A program made the position numbers and the translations under genes. The notes beneath the pieces are model-generated. The model searched no databases. It was not told the origin of the DNA and saw nothing but the letters and a program-made list of their open reading frames with translations. 64,000 bases of DNA from assembly GCA_016839555.1 (NCBI GenBank), contig JAEOUA010000011.1, forward strand, positions 32,001 to 96,000. Direction: 5' to 3'. Of this stretch, positions 40,870 to 51,154 are shown piece after piece. The stretch is from Promethearchaeota archaeon (GTDB taxonomy: Archaea > Asgardarchaeota > Lokiarchaeia > Sigyniarchaeales > SOKP01). Position 1 is the stretch's first letter; every line of letters begins with the position of its first letter.

Positions 40870-42195
40870 TTATTTATACTTTTCATTTTTTCGACTGACA
40901 TTATACATTTCCATTAATAATAATCCATGATAGTAAGAAATAGAATCAAAAAATCCATCACCTTCGTTTATTCCTGCATATACTAACGCTAATTGAGCAT
41001 TTAAGGCAGCTTTTATGAGTAACTCCATTCCTTTATAGATTAAGTTTGGGCTCCACGTACCTTGATAAGGGTTCGCCCACCAGACAGGACATGAATGAAG
41101 AGCTCTATCATAAAACCATCGTGCTGCTTTGTAATGATTTTCCACTTTCCAATTTTGCGTTAAATCAAGGTTATCTGCTAAATTCATTAATTTGTTTAGA
41201 CTTTTCATGGCTTTCCAATAAAATACATGAATATCATTTTCTGGGTGTTTCCATAAGGGATAATAAACATTGCATTCTAAATCTTTAGATGAGGTGCTCC
41301 AACTTGAGGATATGGGAATAATTTTTTCCTCTGCTATAGGAAAGTAATTTTCCAAATTGGACATAAATTCAATTTCTATAGAATCAAGCTCTAGCCTATC
41401 ATTCTCAAGCTCATTACTATTAATTTGATTATGAGGCTCAAAATTAGGTGAAATATTATTAATTACTCCTTCTTGAATTAGATCTAAGGCTTTTCCAATG
41501 AATGTTTTTTCATAATTCTTTATATGCCACCCAAAAGTCTCTCCGTCCATTGCTGTTATAATATACGTATCATTTTTGTTCTTATCTTTCTCATTTTTAT
41601 GCAGGAGTCCTATTTCAATCAAAAATTTTTTTGCTGTTATTTTTTTGAAAGAAATTTTGTTACTTAAGATATCATCCCGAAAAAATAATTTCAAACCATG
41701 TGGAGAGGTATAGATTTTATCATAAAACCATGATTTAGGACATGCGATACCACTCATAATTAACCATTGATATCCTAATTCTCTAACGATTTTTCCCACA
41801 TTTGGAGATATGGCTAATTCAGGAGGAAAAAATCCTGTTTTTTTCCAATGATCTCCAAATACCATCCGATTTAGTTCTTCATTTAATTGAATTTGATGTA
41901 AGATTTCTTTTTCAGGGATTAAAGGTAAAATGGGATGAAATTTTGCAGTTCCTAAGATCTCAACTTTGTTTTCCGAATTCAAGTTTTGTAATAGTTCAAT
42001 TGTATCAGACATACCATATTCATTAAGTAGTTCAATAAGGACGCCATTTATATTTATACTGAATTTGGCGTTATCATATTTTTCTATTACTTCAAATAAT
42101 GGTTTATAACATTCACGATTGATTTTTCTTAATACTTCAACTTCTTGAGTGGGTGGTTGATATAAATGGAGTAAGGGAGCCCAATAAGTGGTCAT
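40870..42195 (-). CDS. Glycoside hydrolase family 57 protein
   Basis: HLYQP, HPILPLI, GFFPPELA, AMDGETFGWH and SSW motifs. Confidence 0.88.
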   Translation of the reverse strand: MTTYWAPLLHLYQPPTQEVEVLRKINRECYKPLFEVIEKYDNAKFSININGVLIELLNEYGMSDTIELLQNLNSENKVEILGTAKFHPILPLIPEKEILHQIQLNEELNRMVFGDHWKKTGFFPPELAISPNVGKIVRELGYQWLIMSGIACPKSWFYDKIYTSPHGLKLFFRDDILSNKISFKKITAKKFLIEIGLLHKNEKDKNKNDTYIITAMDGETFGWHIKNYEKTFIGKALDLIQEGVINNISPNFEPHNQINSNELENDRLELDSIEIEFMSNLENYFPIAEEKIIPISSSWSTSSKDLECNVYYPLWKHPENDIHVFYWKAMKSLNKLMNLADNLDLTQNWKVENHYKAARWFYDRALHSCPVWWANPYQGTWSPNLIYKGMELLIKAALNAQLALVYAGINEGDGFFDSISYYHGLLLMEMYNVSRKNEKYK

Positions 42196-42349
42196 AGTAA
42201 TTTCTATTAATTCTTTTAATTTTCTATTATAATTGTTTCTAAATTTTCTATTTAGAAAATATATTTTTTAAGTATTTCAAAGAATCATAGATTTTAAATA
42301 TATTCGCGCATATTAAAAACTCAATTAATTAAAAAGGGGAATAAACAAT

Positions 42350-42811
42350 ATGCCTCAGATTGTAAAAGGGGGAAAATATGTTTTTGGGTGGTCAAAAGTA
42401 AATGAACAAGGCAGAATTATGATACCAAAAGAGTCTATGGAAGAATACAATTATTTTGAAGGTCAAAAAGTATTTTTAATGCCTGGAAGTAAGAAATCAG
42501 GAGGGTTTGGAATAACCACCTATGAAAAATTAAATGAGTCCAAATTAAGCTCCATTTTGAAAAACAATCCTGATTTGGCTCAATTCAAATTAGAGAAAGG
42601 AAAAATAAAAGAAATCAAAGGAAAAACTTTTTGTTGGGAAAAAATTCAAAATAATAACATTAAAATGTCTGAGAATGCTTTAAAGGTATTTGGAATTAAT
42701 CCGGGAAATTTTTTACTCGCAGTAAGAGGGAGTAATTTATCGCTAGGATTTATATCAAAAGGTCCAATTTATGAAGAGGCTAAAAAACATCCAGAAATTC
42801 CAATTTTTTAA
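42350..42811 (+). CDS. AbrB-like (swapped-hairpin) domain protein
   Basis: SKVNEQGRIMIP..Y...GQKV, plus a second repeat I.M...L..FGI.PG..L. Confidence 0.55.
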   Translation: MPQIVKGGKYVFGWSKVNEQGRIMIPKESMEEYNYFEGQKVFLMPGSKKSGGFGITTYEKLNESKLSSILKNNPDLAQFKLEKGKIKEIKGKTFCWEKIQNNNIKMSENALKVFGINPGNFLLAVRGSNLSLGFISKGPIYEEAKKHPEIPIF

Positions 42812-42921
42812 GAATAATGGTTTGTTTCTAATTATCCCTTTTAAATATTAAAATATAAAAAATATAGATTTGAAATATTTTTTATATAAATTTTAAATAG
42901 TTTTTAATCTAATATTTTTCT

Positions 42922-44343
42922 ATGAATAAAAAAGAAAATAGAAAAATTGATACGAATTCTAAAGACCTTTTTGAAACGTCGTTAGGGACAAAAGTTGCTT
43001 ATGGTAATGGAGTTTTGGCAGATAATTTAGCGCTACAAAACTTTTCATATCTTGGATTCAGTTTTTATTTTGCAGTTGTAGGTTTACCCGTGATGCTCGT
43101 AAGTATTGGATACATCCTTTGGTCTATCTGGGATGCCATTAATGATCCATTAATAGGGGTTTTATCAGATCGGACAAGGACAAAATGGGGGCGCCGTAAA
43201 CCCTGGATCTATATCTCAATTGTTCCCCTATGTCTGACAATTATTTTTATTTGGGCTCCACCACAGGGTAATATACTTATTACTTTTGTGTATTTTATAA
43301 TTATGTTGATTTTGTTTGATCTGTTTAATACTATGTATACTGTTAATTTCAATTCTCTTTGGCCTGAAATGTTTCTTACTGTCGAAGAGAGAAGTGCTTT
43401 AGGCGTATCGCGAAGCATATTTATGATCATAGGACTGGCAATTGCGTTTTTATTACCTGAATTTATTATAGAGGATATACCTAATAGATATAATCTTCCA
43501 AATACCCCTTATCAATACTTACTTAATGGAATTATTGCATCAATTATTATTCTAATTACGGTTCTGATCATGTTAAAATTTGGCGCGTTTGAGCGCAAAG
43601 AATTTTCGAAAGATGTATATACTACTCCTTCTTGGAAAAATGCTTTTAAAATCACGCTAAAAAATAAATTATTTGTACTATATTGTATTGTTGCGCTTGC
43701 TATCTATATCGTGTATAGTATACTTCCTCCGATGCTTCCGTTTTATGCAGAATACGTAATTGGGATGCAAGAACCTGGACTTCTCTTATTCCTTGGTCTT
43801 TTGGTGGGAGCCATTTCTACTCCATTATGGATGCATTTACGTGAAAAATTAGGGGTAAGAAAATCATTTTTTATTGCATTAACATATTGGGCTGCCTTTT
43901 TTCTCATCTTTTTATTCGCATTCAATGAAATTCTGGCTTATATTATTGTATCTTTTATGGGTGTGGGGTTAGGAGGTTCTCTTTATCTTTATGATCAAGG
44001 AATTGCTGAAATTATAGATGATGATGAAGTTCACTCTGGTATGGAAGTACGTCGTGAAGGAGCCTATTATGGAGTAATCTCACTTTTCAATAGATTTTCA
44101 AATGCCATCAATGCATTAGTAATAGGTTTAGTTTTTACGGGTGTAGGTTGGGCTGAATATGTACCAAAAGAAGATGTTAATGTGATTTTTGGACTTCAAT
44201 TTTTAGTATGTATTTGGCCTATAATCATAATTGTTATAGCATTAATTATGTTATATTTATGGCCACTTCATGGAAAGAGGCTTGAAGAAAACCAAAAATT
44301 ATTGGATAAATTACATAAACAAAAACGAAGTAAAATTCGTTAA
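42922..44343 (+). CDS. MFS GPH-family (glycoside-pentoside-hexuronide) transporter
   Basis: WDAINDPLIG.LSDRTRTKWGRRKPW and IDDDE...RREGAYYG motifs. Confidence 0.9.
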   Translation: MNKKENRKIDTNSKDLFETSLGTKVAYGNGVLADNLALQNFSYLGFSFYFAVVGLPVMLVSIGYILWSIWDAINDPLIGVLSDRTRTKWGRRKPWIYISIVPLCLTIIFIWAPPQGNILITFVYFIIMLILFDLFNTMYTVNFNSLWPEMFLTVEERSALGVSRSIFMIIGLAIAFLLPEFIIEDIPNRYNLPNTPYQYLLNGIIASIIILITVLIMLKFGAFERKEFSKDVYTTPSWKNAFKITLKNKLFVLYCIVALAIYIVYSILPPMLPFYAEYVIGMQEPGLLLFLGLLVGAISTPLWMHLREKLGVRKSFFIALTYWAAFFLIFLFAFNEILAYIIVSFMGVGLGGSLYLYDQGIAEIIDDDEVHSGMEVRREGAYYGVISLFNRFSNAINALVIGLVFTGVGWAEYVPKEDVNVIFGLQFLVCIWPIIIIVIALIMLYLWPLHGKRLEENQKLLDKLHKQKRSKIR

Positions 44344-44359
44344 TATTAAATTAAGTATT

Positions 44360-45193
44360 ATGAAAAAAAGTAAAGTTCTATATGAGGGAGATCCAGGATT
44401 AGCATTAATTACTGGGGCTGCTGGAGGTATCGGATCTTCATTTGCAGAAAAATTGGCTGGAGAAGGCTTTGATCTTATTTTAGTTGATATGAGAGAGAAT
44501 GCTTTACTTGAAATTGCCGAAAAAATAAAGAAGGAGAAAGGGATTAAAGTAGAAACTATAGTTGCTAATTTATCAATAAAAGAAGATATTTTAGCTGTAG
44601 AAAGACGTATCAAACAATTAAAAAATTTAACAATGTTGATTAATAACGCAGGATTTGGCATTAAGGATGGCTATTTAGCAACAACTCCAATTGAAAAACA
44701 ATTGGAAATGATTAATGTCCACAATATTGCCCCTACGAGGTTTATTGTCGCAGCATTACCCAATATGATGGAAAATAATCGAGGGGATATAATAAATGTA
44801 TCCTCCTTATTAGCAAGAATTCCTTTAATGGGCAATGCATTGTATTGTGCGACAAAATCATATTTAGTAAAGCTGACTGAAACTTTACATTTGGAAATAT
44901 ATGACACAAAATTACGAGTTCAGGTTTTATTACCGGGCTTCGTCCGAACAGGTTTTCACGAAGCTATGGGTGATGATATGTCTACTGGGGAATGGGATAA
45001 ATATCCCTGGATGGATCCTGAAGAAGTTGTAGAAGAATCCATAGATGGACTACTGAAGGGAAAAGTAATATGCCTTCCTGGAAAAAAAACTAGGCATTTT
45101 TGGTGGAAAATTCGATTAGTCCCTCGAAAATTGAGGTACAAAATGTCTATTAAACAATCAAAAAAATCGATGGAGAGTGTGAAAAAAGGTTAA
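44360..45193 (+). CDS. Short-chain dehydrogenase/reductase
   Basis: TGAAGGIG, NNAGFG, NVSS, YCATK and PGFVRT motifs. ATG at 44360 preferred. Confidence 0.92.
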   Translation: MKKSKVLYEGDPGLALITGAAGGIGSSFAEKLAGEGFDLILVDMRENALLEIAEKIKKEKGIKVETIVANLSIKEDILAVERRIKQLKNLTMLINNAGFGIKDGYLATTPIEKQLEMINVHNIAPTRFIVAALPNMMENNRGDIINVSSLLARIPLMGNALYCATKSYLVKLTETLHLEIYDTKLRVQVLLPGFVRTGFHEAMGDDMSTGEWDKYPWMDPEEVVEESIDGLLKGKVICLPGKKTRHFWWKIRLVPRKLRYKMSIKQSKKSMESVKKG

Positions 45194-45196
45194 AAG

Positions 45197-47221
45197 ATGA
45201 AGATCGTAAAAATGATTAAGTTTTTTTTCAAAAAACTTGAATTGGCTTATTTATTATTCTTAAGAGGCAAAAAGAATATAAAAATTCCCCTTGCTGATGG
45301 TATAAACTTATATGCTGATGTATTTCGTCCTAATGGGAGGGGGCCTTGGCCTGCTATTATTACTGCTGTTCCCTACCATAAAGATGATGTGGCTGGCGCT
45401 GAATCTATTTTCGAAACTTATGATTATCTTAAAGCTAAGTATGTAATTGTATTGATTGATTTGCGTGGTCATGGCTCTTCCGAGGGTATAACAGAAGAGC
45501 CCCTTGATTGTTTGAAAGAAGATGATTTATACGAATTAGTGGAATGGTGTGCCAAACAAAAATGGTCTAATGGAAAAGTTGGAATGAAAGGTGAATCATA
45601 TGGGGGGATGACAGCATTACAGGCTGCTACCACTAATCCACCAAGTTTAAAGGCAATTTTTGACTTTATGGCTCCAGCATTTTTTTATAAAAATCTTGCA
45701 TTTCTGGGAGGATCACTAAATATGATTGGGATGTGTGGTGCGTGGTTAGGATTTATGAATTTAATAACTCTATTTCCTCCCCTTTACATAAAAAATCGCC
45801 CAGATTGGAAAGAATTATGGAATAAGCATCTTGATTCATATTTGCCCTATCTAATAAAACCGTCGGATCATATTACTTATGATGAATATTGGAAAACCCT
45901 TGATATTCCCGTGGAAAAAATCACCATTCCTACATTAATTATGGAGGGTTGGTGGGATTTTGCTCGAGATGATGGATTTCAGATTTATCAGAAAGTTAAA
46001 GGTCCTAAGAAATTATGTATTGGTCCTTGGGTCCATATTTTTCCAAGTCTTCAACCTTTAGAGCAAATTGATGAAGTTGAGTATGGAATCTCTTGGTTTA
46101 ACTACTGGTTAAAAGGAAAAGAAAACCAATTTTTGAAGGAACCGGCATTATCTTTATATTTAATGGGGGCAGACGAATGGACTTATGCGGATGAATGGCC
46201 CCCAAAAAACACTCAAGAAAAAGTATATTATCTAGAGAAGGACGGGAAATTGACTAATAAACCTGAAGATATAGAGGCAAAAGTTGAATATCAACATATT
46301 CCTGAAGTAGGTATTAATTCTGGCTATATGATTGTGTATCCGTTGGGATTGGATTATCCTAAAGATCAATCACAAGATGATGCAAAATCATTAACTTTTG
46401 ATAGTTTAGCCTTGAATGAACCTTTACAAATTGTTGGTGCCCCTCAAATAAATTTGACTCTCTCAACAGATATGCCTGATGCAGCAATTACCGCTAAATT
46501 ATGCGACTTAGCCCCTAATGGTTCATCCACTTTAATTTCCACTGCTTCTCGTAGATTAAGCTTTCGAAAAAGCTATTCAAACCCAACCTTACCGGAAGCT
46601 GGAAAAATTTATGAGATGGAAATGGAATTTTTTAATACGGACTATCTTATTAAATCGGGAAATAAATTACGCCTTTCTATTGCTTTAAGTGATTTTCCAC
46701 GAATCTTTCCATTGCCTTACACAGGCAAAATTACTCTACATTTTGGAAAGGATTATCTACAAAAATTGTCATTAAAATTAATAAAGCCTAATAATAAGAA
46801 AACTGGTCAAAAACCTGAATTTAACCCACCAGACTTATCCTTTATGGAATATCTTATGAAAGGACAAAAAGAACCAATTATGGAATTAAAATATTCACAA
46901 AATCCAGAAACAAATGAAATAAACGTTCATGGGGAGACAGAATATGAATTCCCTCTGCAATATTTAAAATTACCATTTATTCTCAACAGTTCCTATGATG
47001 CATCAATTATAGCTGGGAAACCAGACACCGCTAAAGTAGAAGCCAATGGGTTTGCTAACTTTGAATTAGAAGGTAATTATTATAAAATTTCCACCAAACA
47101 ATTAGTTTCACAGGAAAAAGTTGAAATATGGGCTAAAATATTAGAAAATAATAATATTTATTTTGAGAAAGATTTTGAAAAACAGTTGAATTGGGTTAGC
47201 CTAGGTACAGAAGAAACTTAA
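45197..47221 (+). CDS. CocE/NonD family serine hydrolase
   Basis: DLRGHGSSEG, WSNGKVG, GESYGG nucleophile, GWWD and GPWVH motifs. Confidence 0.9.
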   Translation: MKIVKMIKFFFKKLELAYLLFLRGKKNIKIPLADGINLYADVFRPNGRGPWPAIITAVPYHKDDVAGAESIFETYDYLKAKYVIVLIDLRGHGSSEGITEEPLDCLKEDDLYELVEWCAKQKWSNGKVGMKGESYGGMTALQAATTNPPSLKAIFDFMAPAFFYKNLAFLGGSLNMIGMCGAWLGFMNLITLFPPLYIKNRPDWKELWNKHLDSYLPYLIKPSDHITYDEYWKTLDIPVEKITIPTLIMEGWWDFARDDGFQIYQKVKGPKKLCIGPWVHIFPSLQPLEQIDEVEYGISWFNYWLKGKENQFLKEPALSLYLMGADEWTYADEWPPKNTQEKVYYLEKDGKLTNKPEDIEAKVEYQHIPEVGINSGYMIVYPLGLDYPKDQSQDDAKSLTFDSLALNEPLQIVGAPQINLTLSTDMPDAAITAKLCDLAPNGSSTLISTASRRLSFRKSYSNPTLPEAGKIYEMEMEFFNTDYLIKSGNKLRLSIALSDFPRIFPLPYTGKITLHFGKDYLQKLSLKLIKPNNKKTGQKPEFNPPDLSFMEYLMKGQKEPIMELKYSQNPETNEINVHGETEYEFPLQYLKLPFILNSSYDASIIAGKPDTAKVEANGFANFELEGNYYKISTKQLVSQEKVEIWAKILENNNIYFEKDFEKQLNWVSLGTEET

Positions 47222-47423
47222 TCAAATTTTTTTGATGTTTTTTTTAGCCTAAATTTCAATATTCTAAGAAATAACAATGTATAATCATCATACTATATAA
47301 TCATTTTTTAATTTCAGTAAAATGATGAGATATTAAACTCCATTTTTATAGGGTTAATAGATTAAATAAAAATTTAAATAAAATACAATAGAATATTATA
47401 TTATATAAATTATAAATCTAAAA

Positions 47424-48161
47424 ATGAAAACAATGACATTGGAAGGTTTAACTCAATTAGATTTTCTTAATGGAATTTTCTCATTATTATTTATACTTAT
47501 TGTTATCATTATCGGAATTAAACTTATATCTGTTTACTTTAAATATCAGAAAATAGAGATGATTACAGTTGGTTTAGCTTGGATTTTTTTAAGTTCGGCA
47601 TGGTGGGGAATTATAATATTATTTTTAGGATATGTATTTTTTGATTATAGAATTGGAACGGTTCCTTACTTAATTATTGGGAATATATTTGTTCCAGTAG
47701 CTTTGGTTTGTTGGATATATTCATTTAGCAGTATGACATATCCTCAATATAAGAAAAGGATTGTTCTGATTTATTCTGCAATCTCTATTGTTTATGAAAT
47801 TTTTTTAATAATACTCTTAATTATTGATTATAGACTAATTGGGCACTTTGAGACGGAATTCTATTTAGTTTCTGAAATTTATCCCACAATTTATCAAATA
47901 TTTGCTGTTGCAACTGCCATCGTTACTGGTATTATCTTTACTAGGAAAGCTTTAGAATCTGAAAATGAAGAGATAAGATGGAAAGGCAGATTTTTATTAA
48001 CTGCATTTATCACTTTTACAATTGCAGCATTTGCGGAAGCGATTATTCTCTTAACCCCATTATTATTGGTAATAATGAGAATTATTTTAATATTTAGTAC
48101 TTTTGCATATTATCTAGGATTCTTTTTACCCAAATTCCTGTCTAAGTGGTTAATCTCTTAG
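47424..48161 (+). CDS. Stand-alone ~7-TM membrane protein
   Basis: Seven hydrophobic segments; no soluble catalytic domain. Confidence 0.7.
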   Translation: MKTMTLEGLTQLDFLNGIFSLLFILIVIIIGIKLISVYFKYQKIEMITVGLAWIFLSSAWWGIIILFLGYVFFDYRIGTVPYLIIGNIFVPVALVCWIYSFSSMTYPQYKKRIVLIYSAISIVYEIFLIILLIIDYRLIGHFETEFYLVSEIYPTIYQIFAVATAIVTGIIFTRKALESENEEIRWKGRFLLTAFITFTIAAFAEAIILLTPLLLVIMRIILIFSTFAYYLGFFLPKFLSKWLIS

Positions 48162-48249
48162 AAAAATTGATATATTTTTATCTGGTTAAGATAAAATTAA
48201 AAATTTAAATTTTTATTTTTTTTTTATAAAAATTATCGAAATTATAGGT

Positions 48250-49497
48250 TTAACTTATTAAGCTTCGAATTGTTGAAATAATCTTATCCAAGTCTTTTTT
48301 ATTCAATCCAGGATGGGGAGAGATTGTCAATACTTTTTTGAGAACATTTTCAGCGATAGGACATAATCCTTCTTCATAATTCGCAGTACCTTGATATAAA
48401 GGACAATCAAAAGGGCAATGGGTTCTATGACCATGACCTATCTTATTTCTATATGAAGGTTCCAAATACATTGGTGTATCAAATAAAGGATCTGCCATAA
48501 TCCCATTTTTGACTAAAGTTTTCCACAATTCATCTCTCGTTAAATTAGCTTTAGTTTCATTTATTTTAATTACATATTCATTAAATACGTGCATTACATT
48601 TTCTGGAACATATGGTAATTCTATATTCTTAAGATTGGCAAGCCCAATCGACAAATATGCAGAGTTTTCAATTCTTCTTTGATTTAGTAAATCTATTTTT
48701 TCCATCTGAGCAATACCTACTGCTGATGTTAATTCGGTAGGTTTATAATTATATCCTAATATTTCTGCGGTTCCGATAAGTCTACCATTTCTTTGGGTTC
48801 CATAATGATGATTTCGCTCACTTATTGATTCTGCCAATTCTTCATTATTCGTAGTAATCATTCCTCCTTCACCCGTAAATAATTGTTTCCCTGCTCCAAA
48901 ACTGAAGCATGCTATATCCCCAAAAGTACCAATTTTTTTACCGGAATATTTTGCACCCATTGCTAAAGCGCAATCTTCTATAACAATTAAATTATTTTCT
49001 TCACCAATTTTTTTTATTTGATCTATTTCTGCTGGGCAACCATAGATGTGGACGGCAATAATTGCTTTAGTTCTTTCCGTAATTTTTTTACTCAAATCAT
49101 TAGGATCCATATTTAATGTTCTAGGATTAATATCAACAAAAATAGGAATGGCATTATTATAGACAATACAATTTGCAGTTGCTAAAGAAGAAATTGCAGG
49201 TATTAAAACTTCATCTCCGGGACCTGCTAGTGTTGCCATACATAAAGATAATGCTGTACTTTCAGAACTCGTGGCTATTGCAAATTTTGCATCTTGATAT
49301 TTGGCAACTTTATTTTCAAAAATTTTTGTTTTATTGCCAATTTTGGTTCCAAGTCTTTTTGATCTTATAACTTCTAAAACTTGCATTTCCTCCTCTTCAC
49401 CAATCCAGAATGCATCTAAATATTTATCCGCCGCTATGAGGAGACCTTTAAGAAATTCTTTATCCCCTAATTTTTCTATATCCAATTTAATTTTCAC
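48250..49497 (-). CDS. DegT/DnrJ/EryC1/StrS PLP-dependent aminotransferase
   Basis: GPGDEVLIP, IEDCA, FSFGAGK..TGEGG and GYNYK motifs. Confidence 0.9.
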   Translation of the reverse strand: MKIKLDIEKLGDKEFLKGLLIAADKYLDAFWIGEEEEMQVLEVIRSKRLGTKIGNKTKIFENKVAKYQDAKFAIATSSESTALSLCMATLAGPGDEVLIPAISSLATANCIVYNNAIPIFVDINPRTLNMDPNDLSKKITERTKAIIAVHIYGCPAEIDQIKKIGEENNLIVIEDCALAMGAKYSGKKIGTFGDIACFSFGAGKQLFTGEGGMITTNNEELAESISERNHHYGTQRNGRLIGTAEILGYNYKPTELTSAVGIAQMEKIDLLNQRRIENSAYLSIGLANLKNIELPYVPENVMHVFNEYVIKINETKANLTRDELWKTLVKNGIMADPLFDTPMYLEPSYRNKIGHGHRTHCPFDCPLYQGTANYEEGLCPIAENVLKKVLTISPHPGLNKKDLDKIISTIRSLIS

Positions 49498-50935
49498 CTT
49501 TATTAAAAAAATGAGATTCTAGTTCCATATATTTTTTAAAATATTTATCATATTCCTCAACATTTTTAGGATCTGGGTTAGTAATATCTATTATTTCTAT
49601 CCAATCTATTATGTGCGTGAAATGTTCGAAAACCCCTACCCCATATCCAGCTAAAAAAGCATCTGCCAAAGCAACATTATTTTCTATATAAATTTGAGGT
49701 TTACCTACAATATCACTTACAATTTGTCTCCAGATTTTACTCTTTGCCCCTCCTCCTGTCGCGATAATTCTCCCTTTAAGTGGATCTTTCTTAAATTTTT
49801 CTAATCCTTGTCGAATAGCATATCCCCATGATTCTAGAATTGCTCGATAGAAATGTTTTTTTGTATGTGCTATAGATAAACCATAAATTATCCCTCTTGC
49901 TTTAGGATCATAGGTGGGGGTTCGCTTTCCGCGAAGATAGGGAATAAAAATTAATCCCTCCGATCCGAGAGGTATTTTTTCCGCTTCCTTATCAAGCTCT
50001 TGGTATATATTATTTTGAAATTTACTCATCTCATATTGACAAAAGTTATTTCTGAACCATTTTAACGATTCCCCAGTTGTTAATAGATAGGTTAATAAAG
50101 TTATTAATGGAAACTTACCCATTGCTATTTTTTCTAATTCTTGATGAAGTATTACACAATAGCCAGCCGTTCCATAATTTATAACACAATCGTTCTTATT
50201 AATGGCGCCAACACCAAGCATATTAGCAAAAGAATCCGCAGTACCAACTATTACTGGGATGCTTTTTTTAAGGTTAGTTTCTTTTGCCGCTTTTTGAGTG
50301 ACCTTTCCAATGATTTTTACAGCGGGATATTTAGGTGGAATAATAGATGGAGGGATTCCTAATTTTTCACAGAGCCCATTATATAAACCAATAAAACTTG
50401 TTGCAGATAAATTATCAATAGAATATTTATTTGTTAATTTGTATGTAATATAATTATGACTACTCAGAATCATCTCGGTGTCCTTAAATTTTTCAGGTTC
50501 ATGGGTTTTAAACCATAGTAATTTAGGGAGTATTTCTTCTGATGTTAGTTCTAAATGATAATTATCTTTAATGAATTTTACTTCATTGATGCATCTATTA
50601 TCAGAATAAAGTATTGCATTTCTCAGAGGCTTTCCCTCCTTACTAATCGGACATAAATCAGGATATGAGCCACTCACTCCAATTGCTTTAATATTAGAAG
50701 GTTCGATCTTCCCTTTTTTTAATAGATCTTTAACAATTTTAATGAAATGTTCCCACCAATCTTTCTCTGGATCTTGTTCTGCCCACCCTGGTTTTGGAGT
50801 TATAATATTATGTTCCAGCGAAGAATCCGCTACAATTTTCCCCTCTATATTAATTATCAAACCTCTAACTATTGTGGTTCCTATATCAACTCCAAGTAAA
50901 AAGTCCGATTTCTTCGTTTTTTCTGAGATAAGAAT
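49487..50935 (-). CDS. FGGY-family carbohydrate kinase (xylulokinase-like)
   Basis: LLGVDIGTT (upstream of the called TTG), GWAEQDP, GTA, PYL.G.RTP and GGGAKS..W.QI..D motifs. The reading frame is open up to 50935. Confidence 0.88.
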   Translation of the reverse strand: MLISEKTKKSDFLLGVDIGTTIVRGLIINIEGKIVADSSLEHNIITPKPGWAEQDPEKDWWEHFIKIVKDLLKKGKIEPSNIKAIGVSGSYPDLCPISKEGKPLRNAILYSDNRCINEVKFIKDNYHLELTSEEILPKLLWFKTHEPEKFKDTEMILSSHNYITYKLTNKYSIDNLSATSFIGLYNGLCEKLGIPPSIIPPKYPAVKIIGKVTQKAAKETNLKKSIPVIVGTADSFANMLGVGAINKNDCVINYGTAGYCVILHQELEKIAMGKFPLITLLTYLLTTGESLKWFRNNFCQYEMSKFQNNIYQELDKEAEKIPLGSEGLIFIPYLRGKRTPTYDPKARGIIYGLSIAHTKKHFYRAILESWGYAIRQGLEKFKKDPLKGRIIATGGGAKSKIWRQIVSDIVGKPQIYIENNVALADAFLAGYGVGVFEHFTHIIDWIEIIDITNPDPKNVEEYDKYFKKYMELESHFFNKGEN

Positions 50936-51154
50936 TCACTTCCTATATTAATTTAGTTTTTTCCTTTAATTATTATTAAAAATAAGATATATTCCTAATT
51001 AAGAGATTTATCTATTTTTACGCAACTGTTTAACTATATTAATAATTTCAATATGAATTTTTCGATATCTAAGTATTTTTAGAAAAATTTGATTTAGTAA
51101 ATGAATATGGATCTATTTTTCAATAATTATTTTAGCTTCAAATTTATATATCTA

